Source: Flavobacteriales bacterium
GTDB taxonomy: Bacteria > Bacteroidota > Bacteroidia > Flavobacteriales_D > Sanyastnellaceae
Direction: 5' to 3'
Length of the DNA: 64,000 nucleotides
Assembly: GCA_043748015.1 (NCBI GenBank)
Contig: JAYTOA010000182.1
Coordinates: forward strand, 8,331 to 72,330
How positions within the stretch are numbered: the stretch's first letter is position 1; the number at the start of each line of letters is the position of its first letter. This document shows positions 15,416 through 24,263 of the stretch, one piece after another. Position numbers and translations under genes: made by a program. Under the pieces are notes generated by a model, which did not search any database, was not told where the DNA came from, and saw nothing but the letters and a program-made list of their open reading frames with translations.

Positions 15416-16030
15416 CTATTTAATTTTCACCTGAAACATTTTCTGGTCTCCGATAAATCCTTCGAGTTTATCATTTGCCACTACAGGACCAACTCCGGCT
15501 GGCGTTCCGGTAAAAATCATATCTCCAATTTTGAGCGTCATATATTTTGATATATGAGCGATGATTTTATCAAATGAAAAAATCATATCACTACTATTTC
15601 CGATTTGTATTTGCTCTCCATTCTTTTTCATGGTGAAAGAAATGTCATTCAGATCCGTGAATTCATTTGTTGCAATAAAATCCTGACTTATCACAGCAGA
15701 TCCGTCAAAACCTTTTGCCTTTTCCCAAGGAAGCCCTTTCTGCTTCAACTCTTCCTGAATATCCCGCGCAGTAAAATCAATGCCCAATCCAATCTCATCG
15801 TAATACCGCTTTGCAAATTCTTCGCGGATATTTTTACCAAGGCGTTTGATACGGATGACCAACTCCACTTCATAGTGTAGATCATTGCACCATTCAGGAA
15901 TAAAAAATGGATTGCCTTTCGGCAATATCGCGGAGTCCGGCTTGCAGAAAAAAACCGGTTCGGCAGGGACTTGATTGCCCAACTCTTTTGCGTGTTCTGA
16001 ATAATTTCTACCGATGCAAACTATCTTCAT
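15416..16030 (-). CDS. Fumarylacetoacetate hydrolase (FAH) family protein
   Basis: The ORF is trimmed to MKIVCIGRNYSEHAKELG. It contains YEVELVIRI, GFDGSAV and FTGTPAGVGPV, which are typical FAH-fold motifs. Confidence 0.8.
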   Translation of the reverse strand: MKIVCIGRNYSEHAKELGNQVPAEPVFFCKPDSAILPKGNPFFIPEWCNDLHYEVELVIRIKRLGKNIREEFAKRYYDEIGLGIDFTARDIQEELKQKGLPWEKAKGFDGSAVISQDFIATNEFTDLNDISFTMKKNGEQIQIGNSSDMIFSFDKIIAHISKYMTLKIGDMIFTGTPAGVGPVVANDKLEGFIGDQKMFQVKIK

Positions 16031-16107
16031 GACTTCAAGGAATTGATGCAATAGTAATGACAGAAACAAATAGCGCATTCCATTGCGCAGTTATACGAAG
16101 TGCACCT

Positions 16108-17460
16108 TCATCGTACGAACTCGATGGAAACTCTTCTGTCGCTATATGTTTCAGTGCGAGAATCTCTGTCACCAAAATACTTGGTAATAAATCGCTCTTG
16201 TGGTAAACCACTTGCGGCTAAAAATACCTTCACTTCATTCGCACGCTTTTGTGAAAGAAGAAGATTGCGTGCAGTATCTCCTGATTTGTCCGCATAGCCT
16301 GTAACGATCAATTTCAGCGAAGGACTTCGTGCAAGAATGTCGACGATTTCATTCAATGATAGTTTTGATCCCGCATCCAAAGCAAATGAACCGGTGGCGA
16401 AATAAATGTTCATTGATTGAGGAAGATTGCTCACTGTCCCTTCCCCTTTAGCGGGTGGTAAATTTGCGCGTCCGCCATCCGCGACATCACTACCGCTATT
16501 CATTTTCACGAGGGCAAACACCATCTCACGAAGGTCATCGATCTGCTTTTGCATGGTCAGATTTTTATCGTTCTGCTGTTGTTGCCACATTTTCATTTGC
16601 TCATTACGCAGATCATCTATCTGTTTCTGCATGCCGTCGAGCTTCGAATTATTTACTTCGAGTAATTTCAAAACCTGTGCTGCAAATTCGTTATCAGTAG
16701 TTGCTGCATTCTGTTGTGCAGAATCCTTCCCGATGATTGTCGTGTCCTTGAAATTGATCAATGCCATTGATTCATCGCTCAACTTCACCTTGATTGGATC
16801 CAATGGTTTCTTAGGATCGTAACTCGTATACTCTTTGATCAGTCGCTGCTTTGCTGCATCATCTATTACCGTTTCATCACTTGAAGAGACAATCAACAAG
16901 TTACCTTCGCCGAAAATTCCCAGCTCCATATTCACCAGCAATTTCAAATCGCTGAGTTCCTTCTGAAGATAAAATTTCTGCATGCGCAATTTCGAATCAT
17001 CATCAGCAGCACCTGCAGTATAATCGGTTGATGAAAAATCAAGAGCATCAATGGACGCAATTTTATTCTCTACCATTTTCGAGAATCCTTTAAAGTCTTT
17101 TAGCTTCTCGTATTCATAAAAATCCAATGCGCCCTTTACAATATTATTCAGATCGCGAATGGTTTCCTTTTTAGAATTCTTCAGTTTGACATCGCCGCCT
17201 TTTAGTTCTGCGCAACGATCGATATATAAATTGAGATAAGAACTTACGAGATCCTGAAATTGATCCAAGTGCAGCTGATCTGCCGGCTCGTAATAATTGA
17301 TGACGATTCGGTGTTCGGCTGTTCTTGTCGGCACCAGATCACTACCGCTCCCGGTTGTATCACTCGGAAAATGATTAATTACGGTGGTCCTTTGCGCGTA
17401 CATTTCTATACCACAAAAAATCGGAACCACTAGAATTATCAGCACTCTGAGCGCAATCAT
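16108..17460 (-). CDS. OmpA-family protein with a long coiled-coil N-terminal region
   Basis: The C-terminus has an OmpA-like peptidoglycan-binding domain (LKLIVTGYADKSGDTARNLLLSQKRANEVKVFL). The protein has an N-terminal signal/anchor and an internal duplicated MQKQIDDLR segment. Confidence 0.8.
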   Translation of the reverse strand: MIALRVLIILVVPIFCGIEMYAQRTTVINHFPSDTTGSGSDLVPTRTAEHRIVINYYEPADQLHLDQFQDLVSSYLNLYIDRCAELKGGDVKLKNSKKETIRDLNNIVKGALDFYEYEKLKDFKGFSKMVENKIASIDALDFSSTDYTAGAADDDSKLRMQKFYLQKELSDLKLLVNMELGIFGEGNLLIVSSSDETVIDDAAKQRLIKEYTSYDPKKPLDPIKVKLSDESMALINFKDTTIIGKDSAQQNAATTDNEFAAQVLKLLEVNNSKLDGMQKQIDDLRNEQMKMWQQQQNDKNLTMQKQIDDLREMVFALVKMNSGSDVADGGRANLPPAKGEGTVSNLPQSMNIYFATGSFALDAGSKLSLNEIVDILARSPSLKLIVTGYADKSGDTARNLLLSQKRANEVKVFLAASGLPQERFITKYFGDRDSRTETYSDRRVSIEFVR

Positions 17461-17630
17461 GTTAGGTCGTCAAATGTACTTTTTGAAGACCAATCTGCGA
17501 TTAATCTAGATGAATTAAGCGAGAATAATTATGAACGCGTTATGAACATGAAATACACTCGCGCTGAGGCCTGTTGCATTCCTCCAACCCAACAATTGAG
17601 AAGTTTTTATATTTCCGAAAAATTACTTCC

Positions 17631-18617
17631 ATGACTCAACGATTATCCATCTTAGGCATCTGTGTTGTCTTTGTGTCTTTTCTTTTTTCCTGCAAGAAAA
17701 AAGATGCAGAAGAAGTCATCACCACGCCTGCAACGCCTATAACTTGTACTCCCGCTTATGCATTCAACGCGGGTAGTAGCACCGGACCTCGTCTGATTTT
17801 TAAATTCAAATTCGATAGTACGCAAACGCGCCTCAACAATATTGGACAACCTGCGACAGTACCTTCCGGACATGCGGCGCAATCCCCGGATTTCAGATTT
17901 ATGAGTCAACATTACATTGAATTGGCAGGTGATTTTGACATGCTTGGAGCCGGACAAGTGTTGTATGTAGGACAAGAAACGACAGCAGGCGGGCCAAATG
18001 CTATCAACTATTGTTCATCAACTATTACAGGTAATGATGAAATATTTTTCTCAAAACCATTGAGTGAAATTACTGCGGGCTCCTACAAGTGGCTGCGCGT
18101 TTCCCTGGCCTATCAGAACTACGACATACTCTACAAATCTTCTTTACTACCCGGCAATCAAATCGGGCTTGGATCCATCGCATCATTTCTTGGATTCAGA
18201 ACCTATGTGAACAGCTATGACATGAATGGAACATCTTATGCTCCAAGCGAAAGCACTGGAGGACCGGGCAATCACAGTCAAGGATATTGGGGATTTGTTA
18301 CAAATGTTTTCGGAACGAATTTTTTCACTGATGGACAAGCGCCGGAAGGAGCCACAACTGTTCCGAATCCATTTATCGGCTCGCCTGTTCCGGCTGGAAG
18401 CTGTGTTGTAACAGGACAGTTTGTGAATGCGGGAATGATCAATTCACCGCTTGTGATTACGGGAAGTGAATCACAAGATATTGTTATCACCGTTTCACTT
18501 TCCACGAATAAAAGTTTCGAATGGATTGAGGTAACTGCTGACAATTACTTCCAACCGGAAATCGGAGAGGCAGTTGTGGACATGGGAATTCGCGGGCTGA
18601 TTCCGATGAAGAACTGA
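17631..18617 (+). CDS. Hypothetical lipoprotein
   Basis: The ORF is trimmed to MTQRLSILGICVVFVSFLFSCKKK (lipobox Cys). I recognise no family. Confidence 0.55.
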   Translation: MTQRLSILGICVVFVSFLFSCKKKDAEEVITTPATPITCTPAYAFNAGSSTGPRLIFKFKFDSTQTRLNNIGQPATVPSGHAAQSPDFRFMSQHYIELAGDFDMLGAGQVLYVGQETTAGGPNAINYCSSTITGNDEIFFSKPLSEITAGSYKWLRVSLAYQNYDILYKSSLLPGNQIGLGSIASFLGFRTYVNSYDMNGTSYAPSESTGGPGNHSQGYWGFVTNVFGTNFFTDGQAPEGATTVPNPFIGSPVPAGSCVVTGQFVNAGMINSPLVITGSESQDIVITVSLSTNKSFEWIEVTADNYFQPEIGEAVVDMGIRGLIPMKN

Positions 18618-18629
18618 TAGAAAAAAAAA

Positions 18630-19286
18630 TTACCAGCTCGCGATTACCGTCTCGTTGCCTTTGGTAATGTCCCCGATTTTCGTAATCACTTTACTGTTTG
18701 TAGGTAAAAAAATATCTACACGACTTCCAAACTTGATGAATCCGAACTGATCGTTGCGATTCACCTTGTCGCCGGGTTTTATATAGTAAACAATGCGACG
18801 TGCAACAGCTCCCGCAATTTGACGAAACAAAACCTCCTTTCCATTTGGATGCTCAACGACGATCGTTGTTCTCTCGTTTTCGGTGCTGCTTTTAGGATGC
18901 CATGCCACGAGATATAGACCTTTGTGATACTTGGCATATTTTACAACACCTTCACACGGCACCCAGTTGGCATGCACATTTAGCGGCGACATGAATATTG
19001 AAATTTGCTTTCTCTTGCCTTTGAAATATTCCTGCTCTTCAACGTCTTCTATCACCACCACTTTACCGTCACAAGGCGCTACCAACTCATTCGGTGCTGA
19101 TTGATTTGATCTTGAAGGGAGTCTGAAAAATTGCACTATCAGATAGAAAAAAACCGCAGTCGCTGATGTGAACAACCAAAACCAGATGGTGCAACATCCG
19201 AATAAATACGACCACAACCATACGAGTGAACTGCATAGAACAACTGCTCCTGCAATGATTTTGTAGCCTTCTTTGTGAATGGTCAT
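18630..19286 (-). CDS. psd: Phosphatidylserine decarboxylase proenzyme
   Basis: The 218-aa ORF has an N-terminal membrane anchor and an FGSRVD self-cleavage (G-S) site near the C-terminus. It overlaps cdsA by ATGA. Confidence 0.85.
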   Translation of the reverse strand: MTIHKEGYKIIAGAVVLCSSLVWLWSYLFGCCTIWFWLFTSATAVFFYLIVQFFRLPSRSNQSAPNELVAPCDGKVVVIEDVEEQEYFKGKRKQISIFMSPLNVHANWVPCEGVVKYAKYHKGLYLVAWHPKSSTENERTTIVVEHPNGKEVLFRQIAGAVARRIVYYIKPGDKVNRNDQFGFIKFGSRVDIFLPTNSKVITKIGDITKGNETVIASW

Positions 19287-20101
19287 AATGTGTAAATAAT
19301 TTTAAAATAAAAAATCAGTACCGGTAGCGTGAGAAATAATCCATCAAACCTATCGAGAACGCCACCATGTCCGGGAATAAGATTGCCACTGTCCTTCACG
19401 CCAAAAATGCGTTTCAGATGCGACTCAAATAGGTCGCCGAGATTTCCGAATATCGCAACGATTAATGTCATGATAAGCCAATCATTCAATGAAAGCATCA
19501 CGAAGTAGTTGGACAAAATATAACTAATCACGAATGCAAGCGCAATTCCACCGTACAATCCTTCCCATGTTTTATTCGGGGAAACCGACCCATACAATTT
19601 TCTTTTACCCAAAAATTTTCCGACAAAATATGCACCTGTGTCATTCGCCCAGAGGATGAGAAAAAACCCAAGAACAATTTCGAACTCAAATTGTCCATTA
19701 ACAACTGGCAGATAGTTGATCAACCCAAAAGGAATGATCACGTAAACCCATCCAAAAATTGTGACTGCAACATTCGACAACGCACTCTTATCAAGCTGTA
19801 TTAATTCCAAACAGAAAAACATTGGAACCAAGAGAGAGAGAACCCAAAGCCATTTCTTATCAATGCTGTCTGTAGCACTTAAGAACATTAATAAATAGGT
19901 GAGCACACCAATGAGCATTCCTACAAACCATCTGGGAGCATTTGATTTCTTATGTTGTAGTAATTCGTAGATTTCATACAGGCCAATCGCAGCAAAAATG
20001 AGAAACAGCAATCCTAGCGTCAATGGTCCGAACATAGCTGAACCAATGACTGCGATTGAAAATACAATGCCTGCTAAGGCGCGTACGACTAAATTGTTCA
20101 A
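19283..20101 (-). CDS. cdsA: Phosphatidate cytidylyltransferase
   Basis: This is a polytopic membrane protein with the CdsA signature SGNLIPGHGGVLDRFDG. It uses a TTG start. Confidence 0.85.
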   Translation of the reverse strand: MNNLVVRALAGIVFSIAVIGSAMFGPLTLGLLFLIFAAIGLYEIYELLQHKKSNAPRWFVGMLIGVLTYLLMFLSATDSIDKKWLWVLSLLVPMFFCLELIQLDKSALSNVAVTIFGWVYVIIPFGLINYLPVVNGQFEFEIVLGFFLILWANDTGAYFVGKFLGKRKLYGSVSPNKTWEGLYGGIALAFVISYILSNYFVMLSLNDWLIMTLIVAIFGNLGDLFESHLKRIFGVKDSGNLIPGHGGVLDRFDGLFLTLPVLIFYFKIIYTL

Positions 20102-20120
20102 TGTAGAAAAATTGCGGAGG

Positions 20121-20128
20121 CAAACTTA
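20121..20128 (-). promoter_or_regulatory. Candidate -7 box TAAGTTTG for cdsA-psd
   Basis: On the minus strand TAAGTTTG matches TAnnTTTG perfectly. It lies about 20 nt upstream of the cdsA start. Confidence 0.4.
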
Positions 20129-20352
20129 AGGGAAGATGCGGCAATCATGACTTCAATGCTATTCGAGAAACTCAGCGCAATGTTTCCCTGATGATGACCA
20201 CAGACTCAACCCTAAAAAAGGCAGGCGCACATTGCATTTGATTTTTTATTTATCGGAGCTGACGAATTGTAACTTTTTTACAGCAACGTTTGCGGGATTC
20301 TCAAATCCAGGGCATAAAAAAATTCATCATAGCACAGAATTGGGATGGAAAG

Positions 20353-20379
20353 AAAAAAGGCCTTCCACCATGGAAAGCC
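20353..20379 (-). terminator. Rho-independent terminator after ftsH
   Basis: On the minus strand GGCUUUCCA-UGG-UGGAAGGCC forms a 9-bp stem followed by UUUUUU. It lies 30 nt downstream of the ftsH stop. Confidence 0.5.
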
Positions 20380-20410
20380 TTTTCAAATTCAATTCTTTAA
20401 ATTCAATTTC

Positions 20411-22423
20411 TTACAATCCGATATTCGGAAGTGATGACGGAGTTTCCTTCACGTCAGGTGCAATGGTCGGAATGGCCTTTGGCGAAGTAGTTGGCGTCAA
20501 CTCGTGAATATGTCTATCGGCCCACTTTCTTGGCCCTAAGATTTCTTCAAGATCATCTTTGAAAATAACCTCTTTGTCAAGTAGCTTCCTGGCCAACTGA
20601 TCCAACTGCTCTTTGTGTCCAGACAACAAATCTTTAGCCTTTATATAAGCCAATTCAATAATCTTACTTACCTCTTCATCAATAACTCTGGCGGTTTCTT
20701 CGCTATAAGGTTTGGTGAATTGAGATTCGCCACTGCTGTCATAATAGCTGCGATTACCGATTTTTTTATTCAATCCATAAACAGAAACCATTGCATAAGC
20801 CTGCTTGGTTACTTTCTCGAGATCACTCAAAGCGCCGGTCGAAATTCTACCGAAAGCAACTTCTTCAGCAGCTCTTCCACCAAGTGCGGCGCACATCTCG
20901 TCGAAGATTTGTTCTGTTGTAGTGATTTGCCTTTCTTCGGGTAAATACCAAGCTGCACCTAATGATCTGCCGCGAGGAACGATCGTCACTTTCACCAGAG
21001 GCGAAGCGTGTTCCAACAGCCAGCTGATGATGGCGTGACCACTTTCGTGGTATGCAATGGTGGATTTTTCTTCGGGAGTGATCAGTTTATTTTTCTTCTC
21101 AAGTCCACCGATAATTCTATCGACAGCATCAAGAAAATCTTGTTTACCTACAGTCAGTCCACCTTTTCTTGCAGCGATCAATGCTGCTTCGTTACAAATG
21201 TTTGCGATATCCGCTCCACTGAATCCGGGAGTCTGGCGCGCAAGAAATTCTACATCTACTGATTGATCGAATTTCACATTTTTCAAGTGAACATGGAATA
21301 TCTGAACACGCTCATTGAGGTCGGGCATGTCCACATAGATCTGACGATCAAAACGACCGGCGCGCAATAGCGCTTTATCGAGAATATCCGCTCTATTGGT
21401 AGCAGCAAGAATGATAATTCCGCTGTTGGTCGCGAAACCATCCATTTCAGTAAGAAGTTGGTTCAGCGTATTTTCTCTTTCGTCATTGCTTCCGAAATTG
21501 ATACTCTTGCTTCTTGCTCTACCGATTGCATCAATCTCATCGATGAAAATGATGGAAGGTGCTTTTTCTTTTGCTTGTCGGAAAAGGTCACGGACACGGC
21601 TTGCACCGACACCGACGAACATTTCTACGAAATCAGAACCACTGAGTGAAAAGAATGGCACTTGCGCTTCACCTGCAACTGCTTTGGCTAGTAAGGTTTT
21701 TCCTGTACCCGGAGGACCAACGAGCAGAGCACCCTTTGGAATTTTCGCCCCAAGTTCTGTATATTTTTTCGGGTTTTTCAGGAATTCCACAATCTCTTGC
21801 ACCTCTTGCTTAGCACCTTCGAGACCTGCTACGTCATTGAAAGTTACCAACGTTCCTTTTCCTTTATCGAAGAGTTGTGCTTTTGATTTTCCGATGCTGA
21901 AAATTTGCCCACCAGGACCAGATGGACCACCAAGTCGACGCATAATTAGTACCCAGACACCGATGATCAATCCAAAACCGACGATCCAGAATAAAAGATT
22001 CTGACCGAATTCATTCACAGGTTTAAACTCCACCGCGAATCTGTTTTGATCACCGAGTTCTTCAATCTCATCAATCTTGTTTTCACTTGGCGGAATATTG
22101 AACCAAAAGTCGCTGGAGCGATTAAAACCTGTTACGATTGGCTGGTTGCCCAACTTACTCGCAAGTGCTGAACGCCCAATGGAATCAAGGTAAACTCTGG
22201 CAACGACGCCATTGTATTCAACCTTGCTGAGGTATCCACTCTCCGCATATGATTTAAACTCACGATAGTCTATTTGTTTTCCATCGTTACCACTACTGAA
22301 CACCATCATACCAATAAGTACCATGGCAATCAAAATATAAATCCAATAAAAGTTCATGGACTTTTTATCAACTTCACCCGGAGGCATTCCCTTCTTTCTC
22401 GGGTCTTTTTGCTCTTCTGACAT
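20411..22423 (-). CDS. ftsH: ATP-dependent zinc metalloprotease FtsH
   Basis: The 670-aa ORF has Walker [14 protein letters not shown], Walker [33 protein letters not shown] and the zinc site HESGHA. Confidence 0.95.
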   Translation of the reverse strand: MSEEQKDPRKKGMPPGEVDKKSMNFYWIYILIAMVLIGMMVFSSGNDGKQIDYREFKSYAESGYLSKVEYNGVVARVYLDSIGRSALASKLGNQPIVTGFNRSSDFWFNIPPSENKIDEIEELGDQNRFAVEFKPVNEFGQNLLFWIVGFGLIIGVWVLIMRRLGGPSGPGGQIFSIGKSKAQLFDKGKGTLVTFNDVAGLEGAKQEVQEIVEFLKNPKKYTELGAKIPKGALLVGPPGTGKTLLAKAVAGEAQVPFFSLSGSDFVEMFVGVGASRVRDLFRQAKEKAPSIIFIDEIDAIGRARSKSINFGSNDERENTLNQLLTEMDGFATNSGIIILAATNRADILDKALLRAGRFDRQIYVDMPDLNERVQIFHVHLKNVKFDQSVDVEFLARQTPGFSGADIANICNEAALIAARKGGLTVGKQDFLDAVDRIIGGLEKKNKLITPEEKSTIAYHESGHAIISWLLEHASPLVKVTIVPRGRSLGAAWYLPEERQITTTEQIFDEMCAALGGRAAEEVAFGRISTGALSDLEKVTKQAYAMVSVYGLNKKIGNRSYYDSSGESQFTKPYSEETARVIDEEVSKIIELAYIKAKDLLSGHKEQLDQLARKLLDKEVIFKDDLEEILGPRKWADRHIHELTPTTSPKAIPTIAPDVKETPSSLPNIGL

Positions 22424-22454
22424 TATATTCTTCTTCTGTTTATTTTTCTATTAT

Positions 22455-22880
22455 TTAATCAACTCTTTTCATTGCGGCGTCTGCCCATAAATCTTCTAGG
22501 GCATAAAAATCGCGGGCTTCCTTATCAAAAATGTGAACGACAATATCCACATAATCCAACAACACCCATTTCGCATTTTGAATTCCCTCCACGTGCCATG
22601 GCTGATCACCACAACTTTTCGCAGTTTCCTTTTCTACCGATTGTGCAATGGCTTTTACCTGCGTATTACTTGATCCATGACAGATTACGAAATAATCTGC
22701 CATTGTGTGATGAATAGTTCGCAGATCCAAAATCGTAATGTCGTTCGCTTTCACATCCTGCATTCCAACGATAACGGATTCGAGTAAATCAGGTGTGGCA
22801 CCAACAGGGTTCTTCTTCAATGAGATATTTTCTTTGTTTACAATGTTCGCAAATGTAGTAGCGCTCGACGCTGCAACCAT
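22455..22880 (-). CDS. rsfS: Ribosome silencing factor RsfS (iojap family)
   Basis: The ORF contains ITILDL...ADYFVICHGSSNTQVKAIA...WVLLDYVDIVVHIF, typical of RsfS. It lies directly upstream of ftsH. The exact start is uncertain. Confidence 0.8.
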   Translation of the reverse strand: MVAASSATTFANIVNKENISLKKNPVGATPDLLESVIVGMQDVKANDITILDLRTIHHTMADYFVICHGSSNTQVKAIAQSVEKETAKSCGDQPWHVEGIQNAKWVLLDYVDIVVHIFDKEARDFYALEDLWADAAMKRVD

Positions 22881-22966
22881 ACCAACTGTGGAATAATATT
22901 ATATGATCTTCAATAATTGTCGATCATAATCTACTTCCTTTGTACCTGAACTACTTCCTTTGTTTT

Positions 22967-23707
22967 ATGCTATTCAACGAAAGAGCCATTATCAGATTGG
23001 AGACGGTTGACTCAACCAACAACTATGCTGCCAATCTGGTTAGGCTGTCACTTCCGCCTGAAGGCACTGTCATTACGGCACAAGAGCAGACTTTCGGCAA
23101 GGGTCAAAGAAATTCAGATTGGGAAAGTCTATCCGGTGAAAATCTGCTATGCAGTGTTGTTCTTTACCCTAAGTTTCTCAGAGCAGAAAATCAATTCACA
23201 CTCAGTCAAACCATTGCCGTTGCCTTGCGTGAGATTTTCGAACACGAAATGGAAACGGAAGCTTTCATCAAATGGCCGAATGACATCATTGTAAACGATA
23301 AAAAAATCGCAGGAATCCTTATTGAAAATACACTGTCAAATCAACGGTTGTCAAGTTCAATAATTGGCATCGGCATCAATGTAAACCAAACTTCGTTCGA
23401 CACGTTGAAGGCTACTTCAATGAAGCGTGTCACCGGCAAGTTTCATGATGTTGAAGCATTACTATTATTTCTGATTCATTCGATTGAAAAGTATTATTTC
23501 AAACTACAAACCGTTGGATCTACCGAAATCACGCAGATGTACAACGAACACCTTTACAAGCTAAACCGGTTATCTGATTTTGTCTTCGAAAACCGACAAA
23601 TCAAAGCAACTATCACGGGCGTAGATATTTCCGGTAAGCTAAAACTTAAAAATGAAGACGGTCAACAGTTCTCATGCGACCTCAAAGAAATTTCAATGAT
23701 TCTTTGA
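22967..23707 (+). CDS. birA: Biotin--[acetyl-CoA-carboxylase] ligase (group I, no HTH domain)
   Basis: The ORF is trimmed to its ATG. It contains VDSTNNYA, QTFGKGQRNSDWES (a GRGRxGRxW-type loop) and KWPNDI. Confidence 0.8.
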   Translation: MLFNERAIIRLETVDSTNNYAANLVRLSLPPEGTVITAQEQTFGKGQRNSDWESLSGENLLCSVVLYPKFLRAENQFTLSQTIAVALREIFEHEMETEAFIKWPNDIIVNDKKIAGILIENTLSNQRLSSSIIGIGINVNQTSFDTLKATSMKRVTGKFHDVEALLLFLIHSIEKYYFKLQTVGSTEITQMYNEHLYKLNRLSDFVFENRQIKATITGVDISGKLKLKNEDGQQFSCDLKEISMIL

Positions 23708-23725
23708 AAAATATTTCCCTTAATT

Positions 23726-23739
23726 TTATGCGCGCATAA
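23726..23739. promoter_or_regulatory. Perfect 14-bp palindrome TTATGCGCGCATAA, candidate MarR operator
   Basis: This perfect inverted repeat lies 57 nt upstream of the MarR ATG, ahead of the marR-fad operon. Confidence 0.45.
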
Positions 23740-23795
23740 CAAATTTTGCACTTCATTCGTAGCATAAACATTTTTTGGACATACGAAAAGATTAC

Positions 23796-24239
23796 ATGAA
23801 GCCGGACGAAACAATTGATTTTCACATACGCTGGGCTTGGGCTAAAATTTCTAAAGCATACAATGCCGAAGCAGCTAAGAATGGAGGGACTATGGCCATT
23901 GGATATGCTTTACTCAACATCGACAAAGAAGGCACGCCTAGCACCAAATTAGGTCCAAAGATGGGAATGGAACCTACCAGTCTTTCCCGCATTCTTAAGA
24001 GTATGGAAGATCTCAAACTCATCAAACGCATTCCTGATAAGAACGATAAACGTGTGGTGAATGTATTGCTGACCAACAAAGGAAACGACATGCGCACTGC
24101 CTCTAAAGAAGCAGTTATTAAATTCAATAGTGCGATCGCTGAAAGCATTCCGCCGGACAAGTTGAACACATGTCTTGAAGTATTGAAACAAATCAATTTT
24201 ATACTGGAAAACAAAGTATTTGAATCTGAAACCCTATAA
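23796..24239 (+). CDS. MarR family transcriptional regulator
   Basis: A winged-helix region (PTSLSRILKSMEDLKLIKRIPDKNDKRVVNVLLTNKG) is present and the size of about 147 aa fits. It is the first gene of the beta-oxidation cluster. Confidence 0.8.
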   Translation: MKPDETIDFHIRWAWAKISKAYNAEAAKNGGTMAIGYALLNIDKEGTPSTKLGPKMGMEPTSLSRILKSMEDLKLIKRIPDKNDKRVVNVLLTNKGNDMRTASKEAVIKFNSAIAESIPPDKLNTCLEVLKQINFILENKVFESETL

Positions 24240-24263
24240 CCGCAACGGGAAATTATTATTGAA

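Noticed and set aside
21396-22004. A 202-aa ORF antisense to ftsH. Similar shadow ORFs include 39658-40401 opposite the HD gene, 23822-24439 opposite marR/fadB, 14541-15068 opposite the DAHP synthase, 5208-5714 opposite the oxidoreductase, and 42119-43036 opposite the prolyl oligopeptidase.
   Set aside because: All lie entirely within strongly supported genes on the other strand and have low-complexity or Ser/Pro/Arg-rich translations typical of antisense frames.
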